Positions 35,890 through 47,884 of a DNA stretch of 64,000 nt are shown piece after piece. The notes below the pieces were generated by a model. The model saw only the letters and a program-made list of their open reading frames with translations, was not told the DNA's origin and ran no database searches. The position numbers and the translations under genes were made by a program. Within the stretch, counting starts at the first letter, position 1; each line of letters opens with the position of its first letter. Source of the stretch: Cyanophora paradoxa CCMP329 (lineage: Eukaryota; Plantae; Glaucophyta); assembly GCA_004431415.1 (NCBI GenBank), contig QPMI01000193.1, forward strand, positions 62,001 to 126,000. The letters are read 5' to 3'.

Positions 35890-37418
35890 ATGAGCAGGCT
35901 GGAGTGCACCGAACCGCCCTCGCGCCCGAGGGGGGGCCCGATCACGGGCAAGCGCCCACATGCGCCGGAGCGCGACTCCACGAGTGCGCGTGCCACACAC
36001 GCCGAGTTCTACGCGAGATACGCGAGCGCTCTGAAGGTTTGCCGCCGTCCCCCGCTGCTAAACCACACTCCCCCAATCTTGACGCACGTCGGCAGGCCAA
36101 CGGATTGCCTGCAGCCGCGCCCTCGCCTCCGGTCCTCCCGAATGGCGCGACGGTGGACGAGCCGGCGCTCTATTCCTTCGTCAGCGCGCAAGGAGGTGCG
36201 GCACGCGACCGGGGATCGATGTCCCCCGCCCGTCTCGCGCCCCGGCCGCGCCGACGCCGCCGCAGGCTACATGCGGATGTCGGCGAGCCTGTGGACGCAG
36301 GCGCGCAGCCTCTGCGTGGTCCCGCCGCCGCCGCCCGGCCAGGCCGTCGTCCCGCCGCCGCCGTGCGCGTGGGAGAGCATTAGGCTGGTGCGCCGCCCCC
36401 GCGCCAACTGCTCGCCAGGCATTGCTGCTGACGCCGTGCCCCCCCCCCCTCCTCCCCCCCCCCTCCCCCCCCCCCCTCCCTCCCCTCTCCTCCCTGCCCT
36501 ACCCCTGCCGGCAGGTCTACCAGATCCGCCTGCTGCCCTACGAACTGATCGCGGGGAGGGCGACCTGGACGGACCGACCCGCAAGCGGAGGCGCGCCGGC
36601 CGCCCCCGCCGCCGCCCCCGCCGCCGCCCCGCCGCGGCTCGCCGCCGCGGCTGACGCGGGGCGGGCGGGCAGGCGGGAGGAGGCGGTGCGGGCGCTGGTG
36701 GCGGAGCTGGCGGGATCGGACGGGGACGAGAGCTGCGACAGCGACCTCGACTCGGGCTCGGACGGCGACGCCGCCTCCGACGCCGCCGCCCCCGACGACG
36801 ACGACGACTCGGACGCCGAGCTCGAGGCGAGGGCCGACCCGCCCTCGCCCCGCGGGCCCTCCGCCCCTCTAGCGGCGCCTCCAGCCGCGCCGCCACTCCC
36901 GCCCGGCCGCAGCGCCCCGCCGACCTCTACTCGGGCCCCCCCTCGGGGCCCCGGGCCCTCCGCCTCTTCGCCGCCCCGGCCGCGACGGGGGCGGCGTACC
37001 CGGCGCTCCCCGCGGGGCTCGTGGCGCGCGTGCTGGTCTGCCTCTGCGCCAAGGGCGTGGCCCTCCCCGAGCTCCTCGCCCTCCGCCTCGTCTCCCCCGT
37101 CTGGCGCGCCGCCGTCGACGCCGCGCCCCCCTCCTCCCTCGCCCGCCTCCCCCTCCCGGCGCTCGCCCTGCCCGCCGGCCCCGCCCCCGCCCTCTACTCC
37201 GCCCTGAACCGGGCGGCCGTGGGCGGCTCGGGGCAGCGTGCTACGCGCTGGCCGAGGCCTTCTGCGGGGGCCTGCTCGGGCTGCCCCGGGACGCGCGCCG
37301 GGCGACGGGCCTCGCGATGCGCGCCGCCCAGCTCGGGCACGCCCCCGGCGCCCAGCTCGCCTCCCGCCTCTCCCGCGCCCTCCCCGCCGACGGCCCCGGC
37401 CACCCCGGCTCCGCGTGA
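35890..37418 (+). CDS. ARID/BRIGHT-domain protein with an acidic tract and a downstream F-box-like motif
   Basis: Spliced PPVLPNGATVDEPALYSFVSAQG|GYMRMSASLWTQA..WESIRL|VYQIRLLPYE matches the ARID layout; ALPAGLVARVLVCLC..LPELLALRLVSPVWRAAV is F-box-like. 3' end and one frame junction are uncertain. Confidence 0.6.
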
Positions 37419-38350
37419 GACCTCCCCGCTTCGCGTGGGGAGGGGAGCAACCGCCTCCTTCCTGCCTTGCCGCTCCTACCCGAGCGAATTTGTTTTTGAG
37501 GCTTCCCCGCATCAGGGTTCTTTGAGGGCGCTCTCCGCGCCCATCATACCTGTGTTTGGTTCCGGGCCCGGGGCGCGATGCTCTTGTGTTACTCATCTTA
37601 GCTTTCTACCCCCGGCCTCATGCTCAGTTCGTAGCACTGCCCGCTTCTATGAACATAGGGTAGTAGCAGTATTACTTTTAGTTTTTTTCACCTTATAATT
37701 AATGCTAGGATAGTCTGAGAGCGCTCCCCGGCTAGTTCGATTGAATCTACGCGCGCTCATCTGAGTGTTTTTCTATTTTTCTAGCCTAGATGATGGACCT
37801 TGGTGTTTCTTATGACGTGCCTCCAGATCTACAGGCATACGTCCGCCTGCTACATTTCAACAGCTGCGACCCTTTCTCTGGTCGTTTAAATTCCGATGGA
37901 TGAAGCTAGCGAGACATAGGACCTTTTTTCTTTCCATATACCAGAGGTGTGTGTACGCCATGCATTGATATATACCTTCATGCATAGGACTGCCTTAATG
38001 CATAGGACTGCTCGTCCGACGGTCATCTGTGCATGAGATTCCCCCTTTTTCCATGCCATGCATATGATACACGTGTACATGACTGCTTACTTCAGTTAAC
38101 GGGATGTTTTCGGTCTTTTTCGACTGCAGTTACCTACTATATAGCTAGCTTAACATATAGGCTAACATTATTGATCATTGAATATGCTAATTATAATCAT
38201 CTGCGTAGCCCACCTGCACATGATGCACACGCTTCCGAAATTCACATGCCATGATGTACCGTACACTGCGTACAGTTGTACAAAGTTAAGCAAATAATTT
38301 GAATCAAATAAATCCAGATTCGAAATCGAGTCATTGAATTCGAATGTGAG

Positions 38351-38800
38351 TGAGAGGGGTACGAGGGCGAGGGCGTTGGGGGCGGCGGCGGAGAGGGCGG
38401 CGAGGTCGGGCGGGGCGGGCGCGAGGCCGCCCGCCAGCGCGTGCGCCCGCAGCGCCGGCCCCAGCGGCGCCTGCGCCCGCCGGCTCGGCGCGGCGCGGGG
38501 CACGGGGATCGTGCGGGGGTACGGGGCGCCGGCGCACGCCCCGCCCCCGCCCCGGTCGGCCCCTCCACCGGCCCCCGCCCCGGCCCCCCGCGCCGGCGTT
38601 CGCCCCTTGCCGGCCCCCGCCCCGGTCGGCCCCTCCACCGGATGGGGCGCCGGCGCCGCCGGCCCCGCCCCGGACTCCGCCGTGGAGGCCGCATCGGCTG
38701 TACCCCCACCGACGTCCAGCTCAATGACCTCGGGTGCCGGTCGCCTCCCCGAGCCCGCCGCGCCGCCGCCACTAGCTCCAGGCCCCGCCTCCGCCTCCGC
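38351..38800 (-). pseudogene. Inverted, internally deleted fragment of the EXO5 gene (source about 49070-49625)
   Basis: Reverse complement encodes APLGPALRAHALAGGLAPAPPDLAALSAAAPNALALVPLS and PAPEVIELDVGGG, nearly identical to the source, and retains intron sequence. Confidence 0.85.
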
Positions 38801-39099
38801 CCTCGAGCTCGGCCTGCTCGCCCTTCGCGGTCAGAATGGCGGCCGCGGACCAGAATTGCGGGCCGTGGCCCGTATGCCGTGAGGGTTAAAATTGGCCATG
38901 GGCCCGCGCCGGGCATGCGCATGCGCAGCAGCTGCGCGGCCCCCGGCGGGGCGCTTGGTGCGCACGGACGCACCTTGATCCCAAGGCTCCTAGGCCTGCT
39001 GCAGCTGTAGCCTGTAGAATTCAACAACAGCGCCAGCGTCAGCGTACGACGGTCGGCCATGGCTCTGTTGTTGTATCAGCGGTACGGACGCGGGGCCGG

Positions 39100-39690
39100 C
39101 CCGCGGGGGGCGCGGGCGGCGCACCTCGATGTCGATACGCGGCAGCTCCGCTGTCTGTTACGCGAACGCAAAAGCACGAGCGCGGCAGAAGCGTGAGGGA
39201 GGTGCACCGGCGAACTTAAATTTGCTTCCACGCGCGCGCATCGTGCGCGCCTGGCGCATCGGCGGCCGCGCCGCACCTAGCCTTCTCCTGTCCAGCATGC
39301 ATATGCCGCGGAAGCGCTCGCCGGCGCCAGTCAGGCCGCTGGGCGCTTCCGGGAGAGGCGCCGCATCTTGATGCGCTCGGCGCGCTCAGCCTCGGCCTGC
39401 TGGTGCGGGGGAAGCTGCTCGGCGATGCGGTTCATTTCGGCGACGTGCGAGTGAACTGTCTTGCGTAGGCGGAGGTGCTTAGAGTCTTTGCGGTACGTGG
39501 CATTGCGTTGTACCCGTACGGCGAAGTGGCGCCCGTTCAGAAATTAAATGCGGCGCGGTGCCCGCCGCCGCGCGTACGCGTCAGCGCTGGACTCTATAAT
39601 GGCGAGCGCGCCAGCAGCCAAAGCCAGGGATCGCGCCGTGTTCCAGCACCAGCGGTCCAGCGCCCGCCCCGCCAGCGCCACGGCCGCGCG
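39100..39690 (-). pseudogene. Inverted degraded copy of the promoter and first exons of the gene at 50635 (source about 50400-51025)
   Basis: Encodes YRKDSK..EMNRIAEQLPPHQQAEAERAERIK but has a frameshifting deletion just after the ATG, and the first donor GTGCGG is changed to ATGCGG (position 39366). Confidence 0.85.
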
Positions 39691-40176
39691 GGGCTTTTGC
39701 TTTTTTGGTACCGGTATAGACACATGAATCTTGAACTGCGCCACGTACGCGTGGGGCCCGCCGACGGCATCCTCCGCAGCGATCACATACGTAATATACG
39801 TACGCTAGCCCAACAACGTGAACTCCTGGCCGCGGCGCGAGACTTGCATGTGCTCAGCTTAGAAGACCCGAGTGAAACGCTCCAGCCCGCTAAGAGATCG
39901 GCAGTCAGATAGGGCTTGAAAAGTTACAGTCTTTTTCTTTTCTAAGAAGGAACGTACAGCACAGAATACAACACGGCAAGCACAAATTACACTCACGTCC
40001 TGCCCGCCAAGACGAACGCAAAGACCCGAGAAGCTACCCAAACCGCTAACCCAGACCCATCCGACCCGTGAGGGCAGGCTCTACAAGGAGGAAGTTCAAA
40101 ACTTGGTTTTCGACGATGATGTTGCTCCGCAAGAACGTGTCCGTGCCGTGTCGAACATCAGGCGAGGGCGAGATGC

Positions 40177-40832
40177 TTAGATCTTGCGCTTGACCTCGAC
40201 CGAGACAACGGGCTGCGCGCAGAACTGGATCAGCCGACGCCAGGGGCGCAGGACTAGGCAGCGATCAAGCGATCGGACCTTGACATTGTTCAGGTCAGAG
40301 AGATCGAAGTCGGCCTTGGCGATGACGATGGTCTGCGGGAGCCGGCAACGGTCAGTCACTCCGATCGGCGGCGAAAACACGCGCGGCGGCGCTTAAGACA
40401 GTCGAAAGAGCTTGTATGATCATTAAATGCCCCGGATCGTACGTCGGGACAGCTCGGGGAGGGTGGCGGGAAGGCCGGCGAACCTTATCGTCGAGGGCGA
40501 ACTCCTTGGTGGCGCGGGCGGACATGACGCCCTGGCCAGGCTTGCCGGACTTCGCATCAACTGCGAATGACGGATCGGATCGGTAAGTAACGTTCGAATC
40601 GTCCCGCGGATCGGACGAGGCCGGCCGGCGTCGGGAAACCCCGAGGAACGCACCAGCGGTGGCGTACTGGAAGGAGACGTCCTTCGGAAGACGAAAGACG
40701 ATCGCAGAAGAAGGGATCGGGGTCAGAGTTGGCGGGAGCCGGCGGGAGGGCGCAGAGCCTCGCGGCGGCCTGCCGCGGGCGTCGGGGGCGCACCACGCCG
40801 AGGTTGGTGTTGAGGAGGCCCTGGAGCGACAT
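40177..40832 (-). CDS. Small (about 82 aa) five-exon protein predicted to be all amphipathic beta-strands
   Basis: GT-AG splicing gives MSLQGLLNTNLGV|DVSFQYATAGAFLG|VDAKSGKPGQGVMSARATKEFALDDK|TIVIAKADFDLSDLNNVK|PVVSVEVKRKI*, with GC3-biased codons. Confidence 0.7.
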
Positions 40833-42442
40833 GATGGCGAGCGGGGGGAGGGCGGGTGGAACTGGTGATGCGAAAGTCCGGTTCTCCGAATGAAGCCCAA
40901 TCAAGCCGGGTCCGCTTTTATACCCCTCTGAGAGTGTTGCGTACTAGCACGGCCCTGCGGAAGCAGCACCCCCCCTTGGGCATTTGGGCGCCGATCCAGG
41001 CCGCGCCCGCGCCGGCGTCCCCAAGCCCGCCACCCCAGCCATGTACGCGCGCTCCGAACGCGCCGCCCGACCCGATCATCGTCCCGCTCGCCCTCTGCTA
41101 CGATCTCCGGCTAGTTCGGCCGGCAGACGAGTTTCAGCTTTGTCATATGTGCTCGCTTGTGACGAGCTTCCTCGTGCCGGGCCCGCCGGATCGGTCGCGG
41201 CGAGGTCAAGCCTTCCCCCGTTCAGCACGACCGTAGATGAACGGCCGCTCGATCGTCGCGTCTCAGCGTGTCCTGGCGACATTTAACTTAACGTACTTCA
41301 CTTTGAATGCATCTCCAAGCCCCTCGCACGCCCGCCAAGGCGCTAGCGTTCACAAGCGCCCGACCCGGCCCTGCTCTCTCGGTACGCCGCTCCAAGCTTG
41401 CTCGCACGCATTATGCTTGTTAAAAGATACTTTTAATCACTTTTCTACTTGCCGATCATTCGTCCGCAGCGCCCTTGAATCGGAGATCACCGGTGCACGT
41501 GCACGTGCCACGGTACCGGTCGGGTCGGGACTCGGGAGCGGCGGGAGGCCCAGCTTGCCGCGAGCTCGAGCATACGCCGGTCACCGGGTACGCGCCCCGT
41601 TTCAACCACGTGGTTGCTTTGGCAGGTAACGTGAGTGACGCGTGAGTGACGGGCTTGGCACTGCGGCAGGTACTCGGTGCCACGTGCCACGGTGCACGGT
41701 TTTGCTGCATAAGCCCCCTGCCTACTAGGCTACGCTTGTCTATTGTACGGTATTTGCTTGCCCCTAGGCCTAGTGTTTTTGCTTGCTTAGGCCTTCAAGT
41801 GCAGCCGCATGCGCAGCAGTTTTGCCGCAGTGCTGCTTTGTCGAGAACCTGTGCACGTGCACGTGCATGAATGTATTAGAATGTGGACTTCGATAGGGTC
41901 TGGCCCAGTGGCTATAGACGCTGCAGGTTTGAGCAGCACAGCCGCTGAGCTCGCCGAGCCTCAGCCTGCCGGCGCCAGTCTGGCAAGCTAGCAAGCTATA
42001 ACTCAAGCTCGAGCAGTTGCATTGGGGCCCCCAATTTGGGGGCCGAGCCTTGCGACCAAAAAGATCTAGACGGCGACTCGGCGACCCTCGGAGCTCCGGA
42101 CCGGATCCGATCCGAATATCCGACTCGGCGATGATAATTATAATTATGATGATCATGAGGGGATCGACGTCCGTCGGAGCAGGGGGCGAGCGGGACGATA
42201 ATCGGGTCGCGGCGCGCTCGGAGCGCGCAGCCGCGGCTGGGGCCTCGCGCGGCGGGCGGCGGCGGGGCCCCCGGAAATCTGCCTCCCATCCCTTCGAACT
42301 CTTCTGCGTTCGAATTCGCTCCTGCCACGTCCCGCGCTCCGCCGTCCCCGGTCGACCCCGCCTCGCGCGCAGCCCCACTCAGACGGCACACGCGAACGGG
42401 CCTTGCGCTTAATTATGAGCTGTACAGCGTGGCGGGAGAGGG

Positions 42443-45400
42443 TCAGAGGGACGTCGGCAGGCCCGGCTCGCCGCACAGCAGCCCGACGATCGCCTCCCAC
42501 TCAGAGAACTGGGGGTGAGGCATCAGTGACGCCCGGTCACCAGGGCGCGGGCGTGCGCGGACCTTGATGTTGCTGCTGAACTCGAGGGAGACGCAGTCCT
42601 TCCCGCGGGACTGGTAGTACCCCGTCCAGAACGACAGGAGCTCCCTGCGCGCGCCGAACATGAGGCGGGGGTTCGTCGTTCGTCGCAATGCTCGCCCGGG
42701 GGGGGGGGGGGGGGGGGGGGGGGGTACCGGAAGTTGGAGCAGACGGAGCCCGGGCGCCCGCGCTCCTCCTCGAGCACGCGCAGCGCCTGGGGCCGGCCTC
42801 AGGGGCCCGCGGGGGCCCGCGGGCGGGCGGGGTGCGCGGTCGCACCGCGATGTACTGGGGGAGGAGGCCCTGGGCGTTGGCGAGCATGAGGAGGAGGAGG
42901 GCCGAGTTGAGGCAGCAGACGTCTGCCGGGGGCGGGGGCGGGTCGGCAGGGGAGCGGGGGGGGGGGGGGGGGGGGGGGGGGGGCGGGAGGGCGCCGCGCA
43001 CTGTCCTGGTTGATGTCGCGGAGGGAGACGACGCTCATGAGGTCCCGCAGCAGCAGCAGCGCCGACCGGTCGAGGAAGCGCGTCAGCCGGCACCTGCGCC
43101 CCGGCCCCTCAGAGTGGGCTGCGAGGCACGCCGGGAGCAGCGGGGGGCGCGGCCGCACCGCTCGAAGGAGAGGTCGGGGGAGGCGCCAGAGGGCGGCAGC
43201 GCGCGGCAGCAGACGGGGCTCGCGGCAGCGGGGGGGACGCAGGGCGACTGCGCGGGGGTACCGGTTAGTCGACCAGGGGGAAGTTCGGGCGGGGCGGGGC
43301 GAGTGGCGCACGTGCGGGGCGCAGAGGTCGAGGGGAGAGGGGGAAGAGGGGGCGGGGGCGGGGGCGCGCGAGGGGAAGGGGGGAGGGAAGAGGGGCGGGG
43401 GCGGGGCCCGAGGCGCGGAAGCAGTAGGAGGTGGAGGGGCCGGGGGGAGGAGGAGGACGCCCCGGGGCTCCGCAGCGCGGCGGCGAGGGGGGCAGGAGGA
43501 GGGGCGGACGGGGACTCTGCGGGGGGCGCACGCGTGATCACCGGGTCGAGCAGGGCCGGGGCTCAGGCGCCGCGCACGGGGCTGGTACAGGGCGGCGGAG
43601 TCGGAGCGGAAGTGGTACCTGCAGCCGGCCGTGAGCCCATGGGGGCTGAAGGAGGGACGGGCGGGGGGCGCGCGGGACGGGCGCACAGGGAGAGCAGCGC
43701 GGAGCGGAGGAAGACGTTCGAGTCGACCTGCGCGCAGGGGCGCGCGCGCGAGCGGGGCGTGAGGGGCGGGGCGCGGGGCGGGGCCGGCGTGCGGGCCCCG
43801 CGGGGGCCGGGCGGGCCGGGGCGGGCGGACGAGGTTGGCGACGGCGGCGCGCATGAAGGCCTCGAAGCGCTCGCCCTCCAGCAGCCCGTCCAGCATCTCG
43901 TACGCCTGTGCGGAGGGGGCGCGGCCTCGTCGGCGCCGGGGCCACGCGCGAGGGGCCCGCCGGGGCTGCGCTAGCACTCCCGCCCCAGAGGGGCCCAGCG
44001 GAAGGCGCGGGGGCGGGCGGGGGGCGGGGCGCACGTCGCGGTTGAACTTGACGAGCTCGCCGAGGAGGTCGAAGGCGGCCTGCAGGGCCCCCGCCGTGCG
44101 GAAGCCCCCCGCCGTCACCTCCCCCACCAGCCGCTGCCCACCGTCAGGAGGGGCCGCGCCGAGGAGCGGGGCGGGGCGGGGCGGGGCGGACCTCCATGAG
44201 GCCGGAGCGAGCGACGAAGAGCTGGTCGCGGGGCGGGGCGCCCCGCAGGAAGGACTCCAGGCAGGACGCCAGCCAGAAGCTGGCCCCGCCGGGGTCAGGG
44301 CGGGGAGGAGGCAGGCGGGGGGCGAGCCCGAAGCACCGGTAGCTCGAGTCGTCGGGCTCGCGGAAGAGCACGCCGAGCATCTTCGTGAGGAGCCCGGGGG
44401 CCGGCGCCCGCCCCCGGCCCCGGCCCCGCCCGCCGGCGAGGCGGCGGCGAGGCCCCGATCGCGGCGGGGCCGCCCGGCGACGCGGCCGGCCGCGGGCGGG
44501 GCGGCTCCGGCGGGGAGGCCTCCGCGGGGGGCGCCCTGAAGGCCGACCCGCTGGCGATCGCGGCGCGCTCCGAAGGCGAGAGGAGGAGCCTGCGCCGGCG
44601 TCGGCGGGGGTGGGGGGCGGGGAAGCGGCGGGGGCGGGGCACCGCTTGTTGCACTGAGCCTGCCAGTCGGCGTCTCGGTCGCCTGGGCGGGGCGAGGTGA
44701 GCGGGGCGGGGGTGTACGGAGACCGACGGGAGGGGGCCGGGCACAGAAGTTGTGGACGACGCGGAGGAACTGGACCTTGACCGCCGACTCCGGGTTGCAC
44801 TCGCAGCTGCGCGGCCCGCCGGCCCCTCGTCGGGGGGCGCGCGGCCGCACGCTGCGGGGGCGGGGGCGGACGCGGGGCCGTGGGGGGCGTGGAAGGGGTG
44901 CCTGTGCCCCCGAGGCTCGGGCTTGCCCCAGGGGAGCCGGTCCACGACCTTCTCCAGGGCCCGCACCAGCCCCGCCCGCCCCACCGCCTCCTGCCCGCCC
45001 CCGCCGCCCGTGAGCGGCGGCCCGGGGCCGGGGGCCCGGAGGCGGCGGCCTCGTACACGGACCTGCACGGCGGCCTTGCGGCGGCCGCCGAGGAGGGTGC
45101 ACAGCACGAAGAGGACCTCCCCTTGGTGCGCCCCCACCGTCAGCGCCTGCGCCCCGTCAGACGGGAAAGGAAAGGAAAGGAAAGGAAAGGGGATGAATGG
45201 AAAGGAAAGGAAGGAAAGGAAAGGAAGGAAAGGAAAGGAAAGGAAAGGAAAGGAAAGGAAAGGAAAGGAAAGGGGCGGGAAGGCGCGGGCCTTGATGTTG
45301 AGGGGAAGGGCGGCGGCGTCGCCCCGGGAGAGCGTCTCCAGCACCGCCGCCAGGTTCGAGAGGATGCGCTTTGGCAAAGCGGCTCAGAGCCCGCCCCGGG

Positions 45401-47466
45401 GGCCGGAGCGGGCGGCGGGGCGTACCTGGCGCGCTTCCGGGGTACGGGGCGCCTGGGAAGCGCCGGCGCTCGTACCCGGGACGGGGGCGGGTGGCGAGGG
45501 AATGGCGGCCTGGCTGGCGCGGGAGCGGAGGCGGGGCCGGCGCTGCCGGGCGCGGACGCCGACCTCGGCCCCGCTCGCGCTGCTGCCGCTTGACGAGCCG
45601 CTCCTCCGCCGGAGGGGCGAGCGGGAGCCCTCCGAGTCGCGCCCGGAGCCCTCCGCGCCGCTCCCCGCCGGCTCCGCCCACCGCACGCCCGCCCCGCCGG
45701 TGCCGGCGCTGGGCTGCTCCCTCTCCTGCCCCTCCTCCCCCTCCCCCTCCTCCCCCTCTTCCTCCTGCTCCTCCTCCGAGGTCTCGTCGTCCATGTCGAG
45801 GCTCATGATCCCCGAGAGGATCTGGGGCGGCGCCGTCAGCGCGGACCCCGCGCCCGCCCCCTGGCGCGCCGCGGCGGACCTCGGAGAGGTTGGGCGCCTG
45901 CGCGCCCTCCTCGTGGGGCCCGAAGGGGTGCGGCGCGATGGCCGTCGCCCGCACGAGCCGGGCGAGGCGGGGCAGGAGGCCGGGCACGCCCAGCAAGATC
46001 GCGTGGTTCCGCTCCGTGCTCCGCACCTGCCCGGCGGAGGCGTCTCTCCCCGACTTCCGAGGGGCCGAGGGTGCGCCGCCGCGCACCACGTGGCTCTGGC
46101 GCTCCTTCTTGTAGCTGAGGGCCTCCGCCGGCGTCATCCTCCGCGCCTGCGAGGGGACTCAGAGGAAGGAGGAGGAGCAGGGCGGCGGGGCGGGCGGGCG
46201 GGCGGGCCTGCTCGAGGGGCAGGCGCTCCTCGGGCTCGTGGACGGCCAGCGCGAGCACGCGGCAGAAGTACGCCAGCTGCCCCGCGCCCGTCAGAAAGGA
46301 GCAGAAAGGAGGGACGGGGGGAGGGGGAGGGGAGCGTCCGACCTGGAGCTGGGTGAGGCTGGCGATGAGGCCGGGCAGGTCGTCTGCGGGCGCAGCAGAG
46401 GGATGAGGCGAGGGGAGGCGGGTGGGAGAGGGGAGGGCGCTGAGGGTGACAGCCGATTCCGTGGAGAGAGATCCGGCACTCATTAGCGGATATGACTCTA
46501 GCTCTACGCCCTGCGGACGGACGGCGCGGACCGATGTCTCCGAGGTCGAGGGTCTCTGCTGGGGCACGCGCCGGATCGGGTCGGGGGTTGAGGCCGGAGG
46601 TGGAGGCGCACCTTTGCGGACGGCGAGCACTTCCTCGGCCAGCGCTACGGCCGTGTCGTACACCATCTGCGGCCGCGTCGCGGCGCGGCGCGGCGCGTGG
46701 CCGAGTGAGCACGAGCACAGTACACGCGCGCGCGGGGGGCGCTCGGGCTTCGTTCGCACCCGGTTGCGCATGAGGACGAACAGGTGGATCAGGAGAGGTT
46801 TGTCCGCGCCCAGCGCCTCGCTTGCCGGCTGCAGGCCGATCGAGAGCTCGCGCAGGATGCTGTGGCGACCTTCGAACGGAAATCCCGGCAACCGCGCGGG
46901 ATCCAAGTGAACCTTAGGCAGTCGTTTCGGATGCTGGAGACCGTCGGGGGCTTGCGGTCTCCGGAAGGCTGCGCCAAGGGCGCCGGGGCGCGGAGATGCT
47001 GGTCGGGCGCTTGCGCGATCTGCGAGAGGAGCCTCGTCCCGCCGAGCGCGAAGCACGCCTCGCGGTTCGCCTGCAACGAGAGCTCAGCGATCGTAGCGGA
47101 GCGATAGCGCTGGTCGAGCGGCTTGCCCGCAGTCCCTCGGCCGTGTTAGCGTACGCTTCCGAAACCGCGCGATAGAGCTCCTGCAGACAGGTCTTCGTCT
47201 GCGAGGCACCGATTCAGGCGCAGTTAAAGTGATGCGTTCGCGGGGGCGACCTCGTGGAGGGAGCGCTGAAACAAGAAAGCGCTCTCCAGGCGCTCCACCA
47301 ATTCCGGGACGGGCCCCCTGCAGGACGCGCTCCACGCGGAGCTGCCGTGCCGGCGCTCGGGCCGTCCGACGCCGCCGAGCTCCCTGCGCATCACAGCGGC
47401 GTGCACGCTCTTCCGCGGATCAAGCCTCCGCCTGACAGGCGCCAAGGCGGTCCTGCGCATGCGCAT
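42443..47466 (-). CDS. TRPC4AP: TRPC4-associated protein (TRUSS) homolog, CRL4 substrate receptor
   Basis: Motifs LAYFCRVLAL, CNPESAVKVQFLRVVHNFC, SSYRFWLASCLESFLRG, FDLLGELVKFN, LVDSNVFLRS, VCCLNSAL, NFRELLSFWTGYYQSRGKDCVSLEFSSNIKFSEW. Start codon uncertain (47466, 47460 or 47391). Confidence 0.9.
45164..45272. repeat. (GGAAA)n pentanucleotide microsatellite inside a TRPC4AP intron
   Basis: Tandem GGAAA units seen directly. Confidence 0.95.
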
Positions 47467-47884
47467 GCGCCGCGGAACGCCGCGTCAGTCGCAGAGCAAG
47501 CACGGAGTTCTCTTGGCATAGCTAAGGGTTGGACGTCGCCAGCAACGAGCTCGTGCCTGGGAAAGGGAGCGCATCGCACGCACTCGTTGGAATCTTGGTG
47601 CGCAGCATCTCGAAGGCCCAGGGCAGAGAGCACGGCGCGTAGCACCATCAAAACTGCCCCGCCGCCCCGCTGTCTTGGCTGATACTACCGCCGCAGGCCG
47701 ATCCTGCGGCGCTGTCGCTTCCTTCGTTCGACGGGAGCGAGGCCCTGCGAGGGGCGTGGCCACAGTGTCAGCCTAGAGTGCTGTACCCCTGCACTGCGTC
47801 AGCGGCGGTCAGCCCGCCAGCGGCCAGCCAGGCTGAGAGCGCGTAAGATAGATTCGCTGAAGCGGTGGCGCTCCCCCTGGCGCG

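Noticed and set aside
45164-45272. GGAAA repeat as a telomeric or coding (FLSFP) sequence
   Set aside because: It lies within a TRPC4AP intron; an ordinary microsatellite.
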